Source: a virus (Duplodnaviria > Caudoviricetes). Taken from it: a stretch of DNA of 64,000 nt. The notes under the pieces were generated by a model. That model saw nothing but the letters and a program-made list of their open reading frames with translations, had not been told where the DNA came from and made no database searches. The position numbers and the translations under genes were made by a program. The stretch spans positions 1 to 64,000 of the IMG/VR virus record IMGVR_UViG_3300027734_003164. One strand, written 5' to 3'. Positions 62,835 through 64,000 of the stretch are shown here, piece after piece (position 1 is the first letter of the stretch; each line of letters opens with the position of its first letter).

Positions 62835-62897
62835 TTACTATTTAACTAAATTTTTTTTTTACATAAGATTGTAAAAATAAAAAGTTAAATATTAATA

Positions 62898-63749
62898 ATG
62901 TCACAAATTGAAATTAATAATCTTTTAGATGGAAAAAGATTATGCAACACACTAGCAAATATTCTTGTAAACAAATTCGAAGAAGTAACTCCTGGATGTA
63001 AGACTGAATTAACGGTTTTTAATCACAGGAGTTTTTTCATTGTTAATGGTTTTACAACGGCCAAACAAACTGTTAATATTCTTGAAAGTTTTAGAAACTA
63101 TTTAAGTGAATTTAAAGATAGTAGGTATGAAACGGTTAAGGTAATTGACATTATTAATTTTGTTGATGTATTAAAAACAAATCCTATCAATTTGAATTTT
63201 ACTTTCGATAAATTATCAAAAAAAGTAGAAAAAAGTCTTTTAGGTTTTGTTGATAACTTTTTTGATAGTGGTGTAAAAATTAATTTAAAATTTGACTACG
63301 ATAATAAAATTATTCTTTTTAACTCTGATTCTGATAATAATGTTTTAAGTAATGTTTTAAGGTTAGACTATCCAAATTATAAATTAATTGAATTTAATTT
63401 TGAAAATTTAGAGTACCATTCTGAAAGAAAATATGGTTTATCTAATGGTATTGAGAAATACTATAGTTTTTTAGGTGATTATATTTCTAACCATATTTTT
63501 GCAAAATCGCTATCAGACAATTTAAGTTTTTCGATTTACAGTGATGAATTATATATCAACATTAATTCAGAAAATATCATTTTTAAAATTAACAATAATA
63601 ATCATGTGGTTAAAACTGAATGGATGGAATCAATGATTTTAGATATATTTCCATTTGACGAAAAATCTTTATCTGATACTTTTGGAAATAAAAATATCGA
63701 AGAAAAAATAGAAGAGTTAGATTTATTAAACGAGATTATTTTATTCTGA
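62898..63749 (+). CDS. Hypothetical protein, N-terminus resembles degenerate S-adenosylmethionine synthetase
   Basis: K.LCN.LA..L......P.C.TE.......FIVNGFTT parallels MetK DKICDQISD...ACET...V.VAGEITT, but lacks GHPDK. Confidence 0.4.
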   Translation: MSQIEINNLLDGKRLCNTLANILVNKFEEVTPGCKTELTVFNHRSFFIVNGFTTAKQTVNILESFRNYLSEFKDSRYETVKVIDIINFVDVLKTNPINLNFTFDKLSKKVEKSLLGFVDNFFDSGVKINLKFDYDNKIILFNSDSDNNVLSNVLRLDYPNYKLIEFNFENLEYHSERKYGLSNGIEKYYSFLGDYISNHIFAKSLSDNLSFSIYSDELYININSENIIFKINNNNHVVKTEWMESMILDIFPFDEKSLSDTFGNKNIEEKIEELDLLNEIILF

Positions 63750-64000
63750 TACATAACTATTCGCTAAATTGAAGGCTTCTGTAATGTCTTGATAATCATC
63801 ATCAGGAGCCAACAATTTAACGTCGCTATAGTTTTCGCCAGATTTATCTAATGTCATGAATATCATTGCAGGAACAAATTCATTTTTTTTTGCACTGACA
63901 AATTCTTCGTACTCGTCGGCATATTCAAAAATATCTCTATCGATAAATGCTACTTCATTATTTTGAAATAATTCTTTCAAATCTGTACAATGTGGACACC
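63741..64000 (-). CDS. Glutaredoxin-like protein (5-prime end outside the window)
   Basis: In-frame CPHC upstream of the track start; FIDRDI...FVPA. Confidence 0.8.
   Translation of the reverse strand, partial: CPHCTDLKELFQNNEVAFIDRDIFEYADEYEEFVSAKKNEFVPAMIFMTLDKSGENYSDVKLLAPDDDYQDITEAFNLANSYVSE

Noticed and set aside
1-64000. Alternative genetic code (stop-codon reassignment), as seen in some large phages
   Set aside because: Recognisable enzymes (ThyA, GS, ligase, MTase, GH19) are full length in the standard code, and genes tile tightly with TAA/TGA/TAG stops.
1-64000. CRISPR array
   Set aside because: No series of equal-length repeats with unique spacers. The repeats found (19813, 32440, 41590-41850, 62718) are in-frame coding repeats.
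1-64000. Bacterial chromosome origin (because of T9SS, CsgG, GS and GT2 genes)
   Set aside because: No ribosomal or housekeeping operons; dominance of short orphan ORFs, lysins, phage-type DUFs and scattered tRNAs fit a large phage better. Capsid and terminase genes are not in this window, so the call remains an inference.

Overview
An AT-rich, gene-dense segment read mostly on the minus strand. It looks like part of a very large (jumbo-type) tailed phage infecting Bacteroidota, which is an inference. The support is: no bacterial housekeeping operons; about 110 mostly short ORFs; ThyA, RNA ligase, DNA methyltransferase, lysins and tRNAs; Bacteroidota-type TAnnTTTG promoters; and T9SS sorting domains. 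Five features stand out. (1) An ~800-nt non-coding, hairpin-dense RNA at 54.0-54.8 kb that resembles GOLLD RNA. (2) About 20 unrelated proteins carrying one of a few short N-terminal leaders (MKIIITExQ, RLTExDL..IV.R.I.E, KFLISEEEK.RIL..H, NE.I.R.K.MM), mostly downstream of a TATTTAT motif; these may be capsid-targeting or processing tags. (3) A 9-gene module of secreted and outer-membrane proteins: cohesin, dockerin-like, lectin/LamG, CsgG-like, beta-barrel and T9SS. (4) A tRNA array mixing canonical tRNAs, three aberrant tRNA-like molecules and structured spacer RNAs. (5) Auxiliary and RNA-repair genes, including glutamine synthetase, RNA ligase and a cyclic-phosphate receiver-like domain. 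Family names come from motif recognition by eye; no database search was run.
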